Assembly: GCA_046757885.1 (NCBI GenBank)
Contig: JBHHZD010000002.1
Span: 37,494-101,493, forward strand
Reading direction: 5' to 3'
DNA from: Gemmatimonadota bacterium
GTDB lineage: Bacteria; Gemmatimonadota; Gemmatimonadetes; Palauibacterales; Palauibacteraceae
Length of the DNA stretch: 64,000 bases
The first letter of the stretch is position 1, and the number at the start of each line of letters is the position of its first letter. Of the stretch, positions 36,852 through 45,571 are shown piece after piece. The translations under genes and the position numbers were made by a program. The notes under the pieces are model-generated. The model had not been told where the DNA came from, ran no database searches, and worked only from the letters and a program-made list of their open reading frames with translations.

Positions 36852-38113
36852 CGAAGCCGCGCCGATTCTGCATGCTCACGACTTTCTACCCGCCCTGCAA
36901 CTTCGGCGGCGACGGGATGGGCGTCCGTCGGCTCGCGCGCGCTCTCGTGCGGGCCGGGCACGAGGTGTCCGTTGTGCACGACGTGAACGCCTATCGTGTC
37001 CTGGGGGGACGGGAGACTCCGTCTCCGGGCATCGGGGAGGACGGCGTGGAGATCCTCCCGCTCGAGAGCGGCCTCGGCTTCCTGTCGCCACTCCTCACGC
37101 AGCAGACGGGCCGGCCGATCGTGCAGAGGCGGCGCCTCCGCGCCATCCTGGACCGGGGATTCGACGTCATCAACTACCACAACGTCTCCCTCGTGGGCGG
37201 GCCGGGCATCCTGTCGCTGGGGGAGGGCGTGAAGATCTACACGGCCCACGAGCACTGGCTCGTGTGTCCCACGCACGTGCTGTGGAGGCACGGCCGCGAG
37301 CCGTGCGATGCCCGCGAATGCCTGCGCTGCGTGCTCCGGCACCGCCGCCCGCCCCAGGCCTGGCGGTACACGGGCTTCCTCCGCCGCCAGCTGGCGCACG
37401 TGGACGCCTTCATCGCGAAGAGCGAGTTCAGTCGCGCCAAGCACCGGGAGTTCGGATTCCCGCGAGACATGGAGGTCATGCCCTACTTCCTGCCGGACCG
37501 GGAGCCCGTGGACGCAGCGCCGGAGGCGGAGGCGCCGCACGACAGACCGTACTTCCTGTTCGTGGGCCGGCTCGAGAAGATCAAGGGTCTGCAGGACGTG
37601 ATCCCCGCCTTCCGGGGCGTTCCCGGGGCCGACCTGCTCGTGGCGGGCGCGGGCGAGCACGGCGAGGCGCTGCGCCGCCAGGCGAGCGACGCGGAGGGCG
37701 TGCGCTTCCTCGGTCGCGTGGACCCGGCGCGCCTCCGGGCCTATTACCGCCACGCCCTGGCCCTCATCGTCCCTTCGGTGTGCTACGAGACGTTCGGCAT
37801 CATCCTCATCGAAGCGCTCCGCGAGGGAACGCCGGTCATCGCGCGCCGGATCGGCCCGTTTCCGGAGATCGTGGCCCGTTGCGGCGAGGCGGGGCGCCTG
37901 TTCGACGACACCGCCGAGCTCGTCCGGGCGCTGCGGTCCGTGCCGACGGAGGGCGCCGAGCGGGAGCGGGTGCGGACGGTCGCACGGCGGGCGTTCGACG
38001 TGAACTGGTCGGAAGGAGCGGTCCTGCCGCAGTATCTGGACATCGTGAGGCGAGCGGGAGGCCGGGCGCGGCCCCGCGCCGTCACGGACCTCAACGTGGA
38101 GCGCATGGCATGA
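36848..38113 (+). CDS. GT4 family glycosyltransferase
   Basis: GTG at 36848 (GTGA overlap); alternative ATG at 36872. CYETFGIILIEALREGTPVIA. Confidence 0.75.
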   Translation: MTKPRRFCMLTTFYPPCNFGGDGMGVRRLARALVRAGHEVSVVHDVNAYRVLGGRETPSPGIGEDGVEILPLESGLGFLSPLLTQQTGRPIVQRRRLRAILDRGFDVINYHNVSLVGGPGILSLGEGVKIYTAHEHWLVCPTHVLWRHGREPCDARECLRCVLRHRRPPQAWRYTGFLRRQLAHVDAFIAKSEFSRAKHREFGFPRDMEVMPYFLPDREPVDAAPEAEAPHDRPYFLFVGRLEKIKGLQDVIPAFRGVPGADLLVAGAGEHGEALRRQASDAEGVRFLGRVDPARLRAYYRHALALIVPSVCYETFGIILIEALREGTPVIARRIGPFPEIVARCGEAGRLFDDTAELVRALRSVPTEGAERERVRTVARRAFDVNWSEGAVLPQYLDIVRRAGGRARPRAVTDLNVERMA

Positions 38114-39087
38114 AGGTGTTCATCACCGGCGGGGCCGGCTTCATCGGCTCCCATCTCGCGGAGCGCCTGCTGACGGACGGTCACGAGGTCATGATCCTCG
38201 ACGATCTGTCGACCGGAGCCATGGACAATCTGGATCCGATCATCGAGCACCCAGGCTTCCGCTACCACATCGGCTCGGTGCTCGACGCACCTCTCGTCGC
38301 GGAGCTCGTGGACCGGTGCGACGTGACCGTGCACCTGGCCGCGGCCGTCGGCGTGCGCCTCATCGTCGAGCGGCCCGTCCACACGATCGAGACGAACGTG
38401 CAGGGAACCGAGGTCGTCCTCCAGGCGGCGGCGCGGAAGAACAAGCTCGCCGTCGTCGCGTCCACGTCCGAGGTCTACGGCAAGGCGTCGAAGATCCCGT
38501 TCTCCGAGGCGGACGACCTCGTGCTCGGGCCGACCGTGAACTCGCGCTGGGCCTACGCGTGCTCCAAGGCCCTGGACGAGTGGCTCGCGCTGGCCTACGC
38601 CCGGCAGAAGGACGTGCCGATCATCATCACCCGACTGTTCAACACCGTCGGACCTCGCCAGACCGGGCGCTACGGGATGGTCGTTCCCACCTTCGTCTCG
38701 CAGGCGCTGGCCGGCGAGCCGATCACCGTGTTCGGGTCCGGGGACCAGTCCCGCTGCTTCTCGCACGTGGCCGACGTCGTCGAGTCGCTCGTGCGGCTCA
38801 TCGGCGAGCCGTCGGCCGTCGGAGAGGTCTTCAACATCGGATCCGACCGGGAGATCTCGATCAACGATCTCGCCGAGCTCGTGCGCGAGGCCGCGGGCTC
38901 GGAGTCGCCGATCGTTCACATCCCGTATTCCGAGGCGTACGCCGAGGGCTTCGAGGACACGCAGCGGCGGGTGCCGGACGTGACGAAGCTGGCGCGAACG
39001 ATCGGCTATCGTCCCGAGACTCCCCTCGAGCGGATCATCGCCGACGTGATCGAGGAGAGGCGAGCCGCGCTGGCGCGGACGGGGTGA
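38110..39087 (+). CDS. NAD-dependent epimerase/dehydratase (UDP-glucuronate decarboxylase / UDP-sugar 4-epimerase-like SDR)
   Basis: ATGA overlap. MKVFITGGAGFIGSHL... YACSKALDE (YxxxK). Confidence 0.8.
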   Translation: MKVFITGGAGFIGSHLAERLLTDGHEVMILDDLSTGAMDNLDPIIEHPGFRYHIGSVLDAPLVAELVDRCDVTVHLAAAVGVRLIVERPVHTIETNVQGTEVVLQAAARKNKLAVVASTSEVYGKASKIPFSEADDLVLGPTVNSRWAYACSKALDEWLALAYARQKDVPIIITRLFNTVGPRQTGRYGMVVPTFVSQALAGEPITVFGSGDQSRCFSHVADVVESLVRLIGEPSAVGEVFNIGSDREISINDLAELVREAAGSESPIVHIPYSEAYAEGFEDTQRRVPDVTKLARTIGYRPETPLERIIADVIEERRAALARTG

Positions 39088-39097
39088 GGCGGACACC

Positions 39098-39841
39098 GTG
39101 CGCGCGATCCTCATGTATCATTCGATCGACTCCTCCGGCTCGCCCATCTCCGTGGACGTGGCCGCTCTGCGGCGCCACGCGGAGTGGCTCGCCGCCGCGC
39201 CCGTACGCGTGACCGGCCTGGCGGACCTGGTGGAGGGCCCGGCCGAGGAGGACGCCATCGCCATCACGTTCGATGACGGTTTCGAGAACTTCCGGAGCGT
39301 CGCGTGGCCGATCCTGCGCGGCCACGGGATCCCGGTCACCCTGTTCATCGTCACGGACCACGTGGGGAGCGACAATCGGTGGGGAGGCCGGCGTCAGCAC
39401 GGGATCCCCACGCTGCCCCTCCTGGGCTGGGACGCGCTCGGCGAACTGGCCGAGGAGGGCGTCCGCCTCGGGTCGCACACCCGCTCGCACCCGCATCTGC
39501 CGGCCCTCCCCCCCGAGGCTCTCCAGGAAGAGCTGGCGGGCTCGGCCGACCGGCTGGCCATGGAGACCGGCCGGCGGCCGGAGGCGTTCGCCTATCCGTA
39601 CGGATCCGTGGACGGTCGGTCGGCGCGGGCCGTGCGCACCCTCTACCGGTACGGATGCACGACGGAGCTGCGCTGCGTCGAGCGATCGGAGTCCGCGGAG
39701 CGGCTCCCGCGCCTCGACATGATCTACTTCCGGTACCCGGGCCGGCTCGAGACCTGGGGCGGGAAGGCGTTCGCTCGCCGGCTGCGGTTTCGCCGCGCGG
39801 CCAGGCGAGTGCGACGCGCCGTGCTCGGAGGCGGAACGTGA
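39098..39841 (+). CDS. Polysaccharide deacetylase (CE4)
   Basis: GTG start. ITFDDGFEN... TLFIVTDH... HTRSHPHL. Confidence 0.7.
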   Translation: MRAILMYHSIDSSGSPISVDVAALRRHAEWLAAAPVRVTGLADLVEGPAEEDAIAITFDDGFENFRSVAWPILRGHGIPVTLFIVTDHVGSDNRWGGRRQHGIPTLPLLGWDALGELAEEGVRLGSHTRSHPHLPALPPEALQEELAGSADRLAMETGRRPEAFAYPYGSVDGRSARAVRTLYRYGCTTELRCVERSESAERLPRLDMIYFRYPGRLETWGGKAFARRLRFRRAARRVRRAVLGGGT

Positions 39842-40953
39842 GCCCGGCGCCCCTGCTGTCCGTCGTGGTACCGAGCCATCAGGGAGCCGACATCCTCCCG
39901 GATACGCTCGCGGCCCTCCGCCGGAGCGATCTGGACGTGCATCGATGGGAACTCATCGTCGTGGACGACGCGAGCACGGACGACACGTCCCTCGTCGCGG
40001 CCCGCTACGCGGACACGGTCCTCCGCCTGCCCGGACGGCCCCACGGCCCGGCCTACGCCCGCAACCGGGGCTTCGAGGTCTCGCGAGGCGATGCCGTCGT
40101 GTTCATCGACGCCGACGTGCGGGTCCACCCGGACACCCTCCGTCGGTTCGCCACCGTCCTCGAACGGGAGCCCGAGATCAGCGCCGTGTTCGGCTCGTAC
40201 GACGCCGAACCCGCGGCGCCCGGGCTCGTATCGCAGTATCGCAACCTGCTCCACCACTACGTTCACCAGCAGAGCGCCGGCGAGGCCGAGACGTTCTGGG
40301 CGGGCTGCGGGGCCATCCGCGCCGATGTCTTCCGAAGCGTCGGCATGTACGACGAGTGGCACTTCCCCGCCCCGCAGATCGAGGACATCGAGCTGGGTCG
40401 GAGACTCCGGCTTCAGGGCCACCGCATCGTCCTGCGGCCGGAGATCCAGGCGACACACCTGAAGAAGTGGTCTCTGCGGAACGTGCTCACGACGGACTTC
40501 GTGAGCCGCGGCGTGCCGTGGACGCGGCTCATCATCCAGGAAGGGCCGTCCGCGGCCGGCAACACGCTGAACGTGCAAAGCGCGCAGAAGTGGTGCACGG
40601 CGCTCGTGGGCCTCGGGGCCATCGGACTCATCGTCTCGGCGCTCGGACGTTCCTGGTGGCCCCTTCTCGCGACCGCCGCCTCGGCGGGAGCCGTCCTCGG
40701 AATCAACTTCGGCTTCTATCAGCTCCTCCGCCGGCAGAAGGGCGCGTGGTTCGCGCTCGCCTCGCTGCCGCTGCATCTCATCTATTACGTGAGCGCCGGC
40801 CTGTCCGCGGTCATCGGCTGGCTCGCCCACACCCTGTTCGGGGCGCCCACGCCGCCCCCGGACGTCGCGGCCTTCTCGGAGGTCGGCATCGAGACCTGGC
40901 CGCCCATCCCGTCGCGGCCGAGACAGAGCATTTGGAACACGCATGAGGGATGA
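39838..40953 (+). CDS. GT2 family glycosyltransferase with C-terminal TM helices
   Basis: GTGA overlap. LSVVVPSHQG... LIVVDDASTDDT... FIDADV, with three or four C-terminal TM helices. Confidence 0.75.
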   Translation: MSPAPLLSVVVPSHQGADILPDTLAALRRSDLDVHRWELIVVDDASTDDTSLVAARYADTVLRLPGRPHGPAYARNRGFEVSRGDAVVFIDADVRVHPDTLRRFATVLEREPEISAVFGSYDAEPAAPGLVSQYRNLLHHYVHQQSAGEAETFWAGCGAIRADVFRSVGMYDEWHFPAPQIEDIELGRRLRLQGHRIVLRPEIQATHLKKWSLRNVLTTDFVSRGVPWTRLIIQEGPSAAGNTLNVQSAQKWCTALVGLGAIGLIVSALGRSWWPLLATAASAGAVLGINFGFYQLLRRQKGAWFALASLPLHLIYYVSAGLSAVIGWLAHTLFGAPTPPPDVAAFSEVGIETWPPIPSRPRQSIWNTHEG

Positions 40954-41332
40954 AGCCATGAACGGCATCGATCGAGAGACGGAGGAGGCCCTGTCGGGGC
41001 AGCTCGCGCTCGCATTCGGCCCTCTTCACAAGCGGGCCCTCGGACTCGCGGTGGGCACGGCGAGCGGTGCGATCGTCTTCCTCCTGACCGTCTTCCACGT
41101 GGTCGTGCGGCCCGACCCGGCGCCGCAGATCGGCCTGTTGCGGGAGTACTTCACGGGCTACACCGTGTCCTGGCCCGGCGCCGTCGTCGGAGGCCTGTGG
41201 GCGTTCACGGTCGGGTTCTTCGTGGGCTGGTTCATCGCCTTCGCGCGGAACCTCGTCATCGCGACCTCGATCTTCATCACCCGAACCCGTCAGGAGCTCG
41301 CCGCCACCCGCGACTTTCTGGACCACATCTGA
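40943..41332 (+). CDS. Small 2-TM membrane protein, tandem paralog A (unknown family)
   Basis: 129 aa; alternative ATG at 40958. Shares the motif LLxEYFTGYTVSWPG with the next ORF, and has two hydrophobic helices. Confidence 0.4.
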   Translation: MRDEAMNGIDRETEEALSGQLALAFGPLHKRALGLAVGTASGAIVFLLTVFHVVVRPDPAPQIGLLREYFTGYTVSWPGAVVGGLWAFTVGFFVGWFIAFARNLVIATSIFITRTRQELAATRDFLDHI

Positions 41333-41352
41333 CCGACCTGGAGGCCGAACCG

Positions 41353-41637
41353 ATGAGAGAGCGAGAAGAGGAGCTCCAGACCGCGATCCGGAGGCTGAAC
41401 GCGCGGGCCTGGGGCATCGCGATGGGATGCCTCCTGGGAGGGGGGCTGTTCGTCGCGACGAACGTGCTCGTGTTGAAGGGCGGGCCGCGGGTCGGGGCGC
41501 ATCTCGGACTCCTGGCCGCCTACTTCCCGGGCTATCGGGTGAGCTTCGTCGGGAGCCTGATCGGCTTCGTCTACCTGTTCGTCATCGGGTACGCGATCGG
41601 CAGGCTCATCGGCACGGTCTACAACCGGCTCGTGTGA
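41353..41637 (+). CDS. Small 2-TM membrane protein, tandem paralog B
   Basis: 94 aa. LLAAYFPGYRVSFVG plus two TM helices. Its stop overlaps the GTG of the UbiA-family gene. Confidence 0.4.
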   Translation: MREREEELQTAIRRLNARAWGIAMGCLLGGGLFVATNVLVLKGGPRVGAHLGLLAAYFPGYRVSFVGSLIGFVYLFVIGYAIGRLIGTVYNRLV

Positions 41638-42515
41638 GCGAAACCGTGGCAGACTGGCTGAGGCTCCTCCGCCCGCGGCAGTGGGTGAAGAACTTCTTCG
41701 TCCTCGCGCCGCTCCTGTTCTCGGGCCGCGCGACCCGGGCGGAGGCCGTCGTTCCGGCCCTTCTCGCGTTCGCCGCGTTCTGTCTCCTGGCGAGCGGCGT
41801 GTACGCCCTCAACGACGTCGCCGATCGGGAGGCGGATCGGCTTCACCCCACGAAGCGTCTGCGGCCCGTCGCCTCCGGGCGCATCTCCCCGCGGGCCGCG
41901 GCCTCGGCCGGCATCCTCCTGCTCCTGATCGCCCTCGGCATCGCCTGGAGCGTGCACGCCACCGTGGCTCTCATCGCGGCCGCCTACGTGGTCCTGAACG
42001 CCGCGTACACGATGAAGCTCAAGGATCTCGTCATCCTGGACGTGTTCTCCATCGCCGCCTTCTTCCTCCTCCGGCTGCTCGCGGGGGCCGCGAGCGTGGA
42101 CGTGCGGCCGTCGATCTGGCTTCTCCTCTGCGGCGGACTCCTGGCCCTCTATCTCGGGTTCGCGAAGCGAAGGCACGAGATCGTCCTGCTCGGCGATGAG
42201 TCGGCGGACCACCGGAGCGTGCTCGTCCACTACAGCCCCGTCTTTCTCGATCAGATGTCCGTGGTCCTGCTGTCGGTCACGATCGTCTCCTACATCATGT
42301 ATTCCATCTCCTCGGAGACCGCGGCCGCCGTGGGTTCCGAGGCGCTCGCCTACAGCACGGTCTTCGTCCTGTACGGCGTCTTCCGGTACCTGTTTCTCGT
42401 CCATCAGCACGACGCGGGCAGCCCCACCGAGACCCTGCTCACGGATCGGGCCCTGATCGCGAACGTGCTCCTGTGGCTCCTCTACTGCGGCTGGGTGCTC
42501 TATCGGCCGTTCTGA
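41634..42515 (+). CDS. UbiA-family prenyltransferase, decaprenyl-phosphate phosphoribosyltransferase (DPPR synthase)-like
   Basis: NDVADREADRLHPTK (the UbiA NDxxDxxxD motif) early in TM2, then about 8 TM helices. 293 aa, the size and layout of Rv3806c-type enzymes. Confidence 0.7.
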   Translation: MSETVADWLRLLRPRQWVKNFFVLAPLLFSGRATRAEAVVPALLAFAAFCLLASGVYALNDVADREADRLHPTKRLRPVASGRISPRAAASAGILLLLIALGIAWSVHATVALIAAAYVVLNAAYTMKLKDLVILDVFSIAAFFLLRLLAGAASVDVRPSIWLLLCGGLLALYLGFAKRRHEIVLLGDESADHRSVLVHYSPVFLDQMSVVLLSVTIVSYIMYSISSETAAAVGSEALAYSTVFVLYGVFRYLFLVHQHDAGSPTETLLTDRALIANVLLWLLYCGWVLYRPF

Positions 42516-42522
42516 CCGCCTC

Positions 42523-43914
42523 GTGACGCGGAACTTCCTCGCCCTCGGATCGGGCGAGGCGGCGGCGCGAATCGTCGCCTTCGCGGCGACCGTGTACATC
42601 GCGCGCGTGCTCGGAAGCGAGGCGTTCGGCATCATCGGGTTCGCCCTGGCCGTCATCCTGTACCTGAACCGGATCGCGGACGCGGGACTGGAGCTCGGGC
42701 TCGGCGTCCAGCTCATCGCGGAAGATCCGGACCGCATCGAGTCGATCGCCCCGTCCCTCCTCACGGCCCGCGTGCTTCTGGCCGCCCTGCTCGCGGCCGG
42801 CCTCGCGGTCCTCGGGCTCGTGGTGTTCCCCGGCGCGGAGGGGAGCGTGCTCGCGCTGTACGGGCTCACCCTGCTCGCCGTGGGCGCGGGGTCCCGATGG
42901 ATCCTGTTCGGGCTCGAGCGGACGCGATTCGTCGCGGGGGCCCGGACGGCCGGCGAGCTCGTCATGGTCGGGCTCGTGTTCTGGCTCGTCCGGACCCCCG
43001 AGGACCTGAAGGCGGTTCCCCTGGCCCAGTTCGCGGGCGACGCGCTGGCGGCGCTCGCCTTCCTGTGGTGGCTCGGCCGGCTCGGGCATCGACTGCGTCC
43101 GCGGCTGGATGCGGCGGCGATCCGTCCGCTCCTCCGGCGGGCGGCGCCCCTCGTGGGGTCCGCGCTCCTGGGCCTGATGATCTACAACTCGGACCTCATC
43201 TTCCTGCGGGCATTCCGCGGGCTGAGAGCGGTCGGACTCTACGCGGCCGCCTACGCGCTCATCAGCTTCCTGAGCAACCTGGGGACCGCCTACAGCATGA
43301 GCCTCCTGCCCACCCTGACGCGGCTCGGCGGCGAGCCCCGGGACCGGCTCGATCTGTACCGGACCGCCACCGTCCACGTCTTCGCGGCCGGTTTCCCGAT
43401 CGCGGTGGGCACCACGGTCCTCGCGCCGGGGATCATCCGCCTCGTGTTCGGGGACGGCTACGCGGGCTCGGCCCTGCCCCTCCAGATCCTCATCTGGTCC
43501 GTGACCCTGGCCCTCCTGCGGGACGTCCCGGTCGTGGCGCTCATGTCCGAGGGTCGGGAGGACAGGGTGCTGCGGCTCACGGCCTGGGCCACGGCCGCGA
43601 ACCTCACCCTGAACGTGGCCGTGATCCCCGCCTTCGGCCTCGTCGGAGCCGCGGCGGCCACCGTGGCCACGGAAGGGACCCGGATGGCCCTGGCGCGCCG
43701 CGACGCGACCCGTCTCGGATTCACGGCGCCGGGGGCGGGCCGCCTGGCGCCTCCGGCGATCGCGGGGCTCGTGATGGGAGGCGCGCTGGTGCTCGGGCCG
43801 GCGGCGCCCGTGTGGCTCGCGGTACCCGCGGGCGTCGTCGTCTACGCGCTGGGCCTCCTGGCCCTGGGGGGTGTGCGTGTCCGGCGGGGCGGGCGCCCGA
43901 GCCTCGAGTTGTGA
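42523..43914 (+). CDS. Wzx-like flippase (polysaccharide biosynthesis protein, MOP superfamily)
   Basis: 463 aa with about 12 TM helices. N-terminus LALGSGEAAARIVAFAATVYIARVLG typical of Wzx/RfbX. Confidence 0.7.
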   Translation: MTRNFLALGSGEAAARIVAFAATVYIARVLGSEAFGIIGFALAVILYLNRIADAGLELGLGVQLIAEDPDRIESIAPSLLTARVLLAALLAAGLAVLGLVVFPGAEGSVLALYGLTLLAVGAGSRWILFGLERTRFVAGARTAGELVMVGLVFWLVRTPEDLKAVPLAQFAGDALAALAFLWWLGRLGHRLRPRLDAAAIRPLLRRAAPLVGSALLGLMIYNSDLIFLRAFRGLRAVGLYAAAYALISFLSNLGTAYSMSLLPTLTRLGGEPRDRLDLYRTATVHVFAAGFPIAVGTTVLAPGIIRLVFGDGYAGSALPLQILIWSVTLALLRDVPVVALMSEGREDRVLRLTAWATAANLTLNVAVIPAFGLVGAAAATVATEGTRMALARRDATRLGFTAPGAGRLAPPAIAGLVMGGALVLGPAAPVWLAVPAGVVVYALGLLALGGVRVRRGGRPSLEL

Positions 43915-44030
43915 GACCGGAGGTGTGGCACCGGCGCCACGCCGCGACGGGCGGGGGCGGGCCGCGGCGCAACGGGGACCGGATGGGCCGCATTCTGGCG
44001 CGGTCCGGCACGGGCCGTCAGATTGTCCGG

Positions 44031-44046
44031 CGGCACCGCACTTGCG
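44031..44046 (+). promoter_or_regulatory. Sigma-54-like -24/-12 element CGGCACcgcacTTGCG
   Basis: GG (44032-33) and GC (44044-45) 12 nt apart, about 52 nt upstream of the VTC-domain gene ATG at 44098. Confidence 0.45.
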
Positions 44047-44097
44047 CAGCCGGTTTCCGTCCGGACGCTGTGACAGGACTCGGGAAAGGTTCCGGCC

Positions 44098-44826
44098 GTG
44101 CCGGCTAGCTACCAGCGGACGTTCAATCGCTTCGAGGTGAAGTATCTCCTGCCCCAGGCGGAGATCCGGAGTCTCCTGTCCGAGCTGGACGGGTACCTGC
44201 TGCCCGACCCGCACGGCGACGGGGTCTGGGGATATCCCGTGCACTCGGTGTACTGGGACTCGGCGGACCTCACGATGTTCTGGGAGAAGATCGAAGGGAT
44301 CAAGTTCCGCCGGAAGCTGCGATTCCGCTCGTACGGCGACGGAGAGCCCTTCGTCGAGATCAAGCAGCGCCTGGATCGGACGATCCAGAAGCGGCGGGCG
44401 CGCCTGCCCCTGGACCGGATGCGATCCGTGTTCGGCTGGGGCCGGGACCCGGAGCCGGCCGCGGACGCGGACATCGACGACCCGATCGTCGCGGAGGCCG
44501 TCCTTCTGCGGCATTCCTACCGGCTGGAGCCCCGGGTCGCGATCCGATACCGGCGACGGGCCTTCTTCGGCGCGTACGAGCCGGATCTCCGGCTCACGTT
44601 CGACACGCGCGTCCAGTACTCCACGACGCGGCTCGAGCCGGCTCCGCCCCTCGAGACGGGAAAGTATCTCGTGGACCCGCGGCTGGCCGTGATGGAGATC
44701 AAGTTCAACGAGCGCGTGCCGCTGTGGCTCCTTCGGCTCGTCGCGAGGCGCGGCCTGTCGCTCGTCCGGCTCTCGAAGTACTGCGGCGCGGTGGATCGGG
44801 AATTCTTCGGATCCGAGCTCACCTGA
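44098..44826 (+). CDS. VTC-domain protein (polyphosphate-polymerase/CYTH-like triphosphate-tunnel domain)
   Basis: N-terminal FNRFEVKYLL and overall about 240 aa, typical of bacterial VTC-domain proteins (PF09359-like). Confidence 0.65.
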   Translation: MPASYQRTFNRFEVKYLLPQAEIRSLLSELDGYLLPDPHGDGVWGYPVHSVYWDSADLTMFWEKIEGIKFRRKLRFRSYGDGEPFVEIKQRLDRTIQKRRARLPLDRMRSVFGWGRDPEPAADADIDDPIVAEAVLLRHSYRLEPRVAIRYRRRAFFGAYEPDLRLTFDTRVQYSTTRLEPAPPLETGKYLVDPRLAVMEIKFNERVPLWLLRLVARRGLSLVRLSKYCGAVDREFFGSELT

Positions 44827-44859
44827 GGCAGCCGGGTAACCCCCAACCGTGAGGGCAAG

Positions 44860-45555
44860 GTGGACGAACTGATTCGCGAGATGATGCAGACCTCTTCGAT
44901 CGGCGGGGGGTTCGAGCTGTGGGAGGCCATCGTGGCCCTGTCGCTCAGCTTCTTTCTCTGCCTCCTCGTCGCCTATTTCTACCGCGAGACCCATCGTGGG
45001 CTTTCGTACTCGGTCGCCTTCGTGCACACGATGATCCTGATGGGCGTGACGGTGTCGATCATCATGCTCATCATCGGGAGCAACATCGCCCGCGCCTTCG
45101 CGCTGGTCGGAGCCCTGTCGATCATCCGCTTCCGGAACGCCGTCAAGGAATCCCGGGACGTCGCCTTCATCTTCCTCACGATGGCCATCGGCATGGCGAC
45201 GGGAACCGGCTTCTATCTGTCCGCGATCGTGTTCACCCTCTTCATGTGCGCCATCATCTACTTCCTCCACCGGTTCGACATCGGGGCCATGAAGACGCGG
45301 GAGATCCTCCTCAAGCTCCACCTGGCGGGGTCGGAGGACTACCACGCGGTGTACAACGACGTGTTCTTCCGCTACCTGCGCGAACAGTCCCTGCTGAGCG
45401 TGGAGACGCTCGGAGCCGACGACCGGACCGAGCTCGTATACTCGATCCAGTTCAAGCGCGGGGCGGACGAGAAGGCCTTCCTCGACGAGGTGCGGGGCGT
45501 GAGCGGGACGAGCAAGGTCGCGCTCCTGCCCGGACAGGAGAACATCAACGTCTGA
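44860..45555 (+). CDS. DUF4956-like membrane protein (usual partner of bacterial VTC-domain proteins)
   Basis: 231 aa. Three or four TM helices, then a C-terminal soluble region (KLHLAGSEDYHAVYNDVF... IQFKRGAD). Confidence 0.6.
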   Translation: MDELIREMMQTSSIGGGFELWEAIVALSLSFFLCLLVAYFYRETHRGLSYSVAFVHTMILMGVTVSIIMLIIGSNIARAFALVGALSIIRFRNAVKESRDVAFIFLTMAIGMATGTGFYLSAIVFTLFMCAIIYFLHRFDIGAMKTREILLKLHLAGSEDYHAVYNDVFFRYLREQSLLSVETLGADDRTELVYSIQFKRGADEKAFLDEVRGVSGTSKVALLPGQENINV

Positions 45556-45571
45556 TCCGGAGGGCCCCGAC

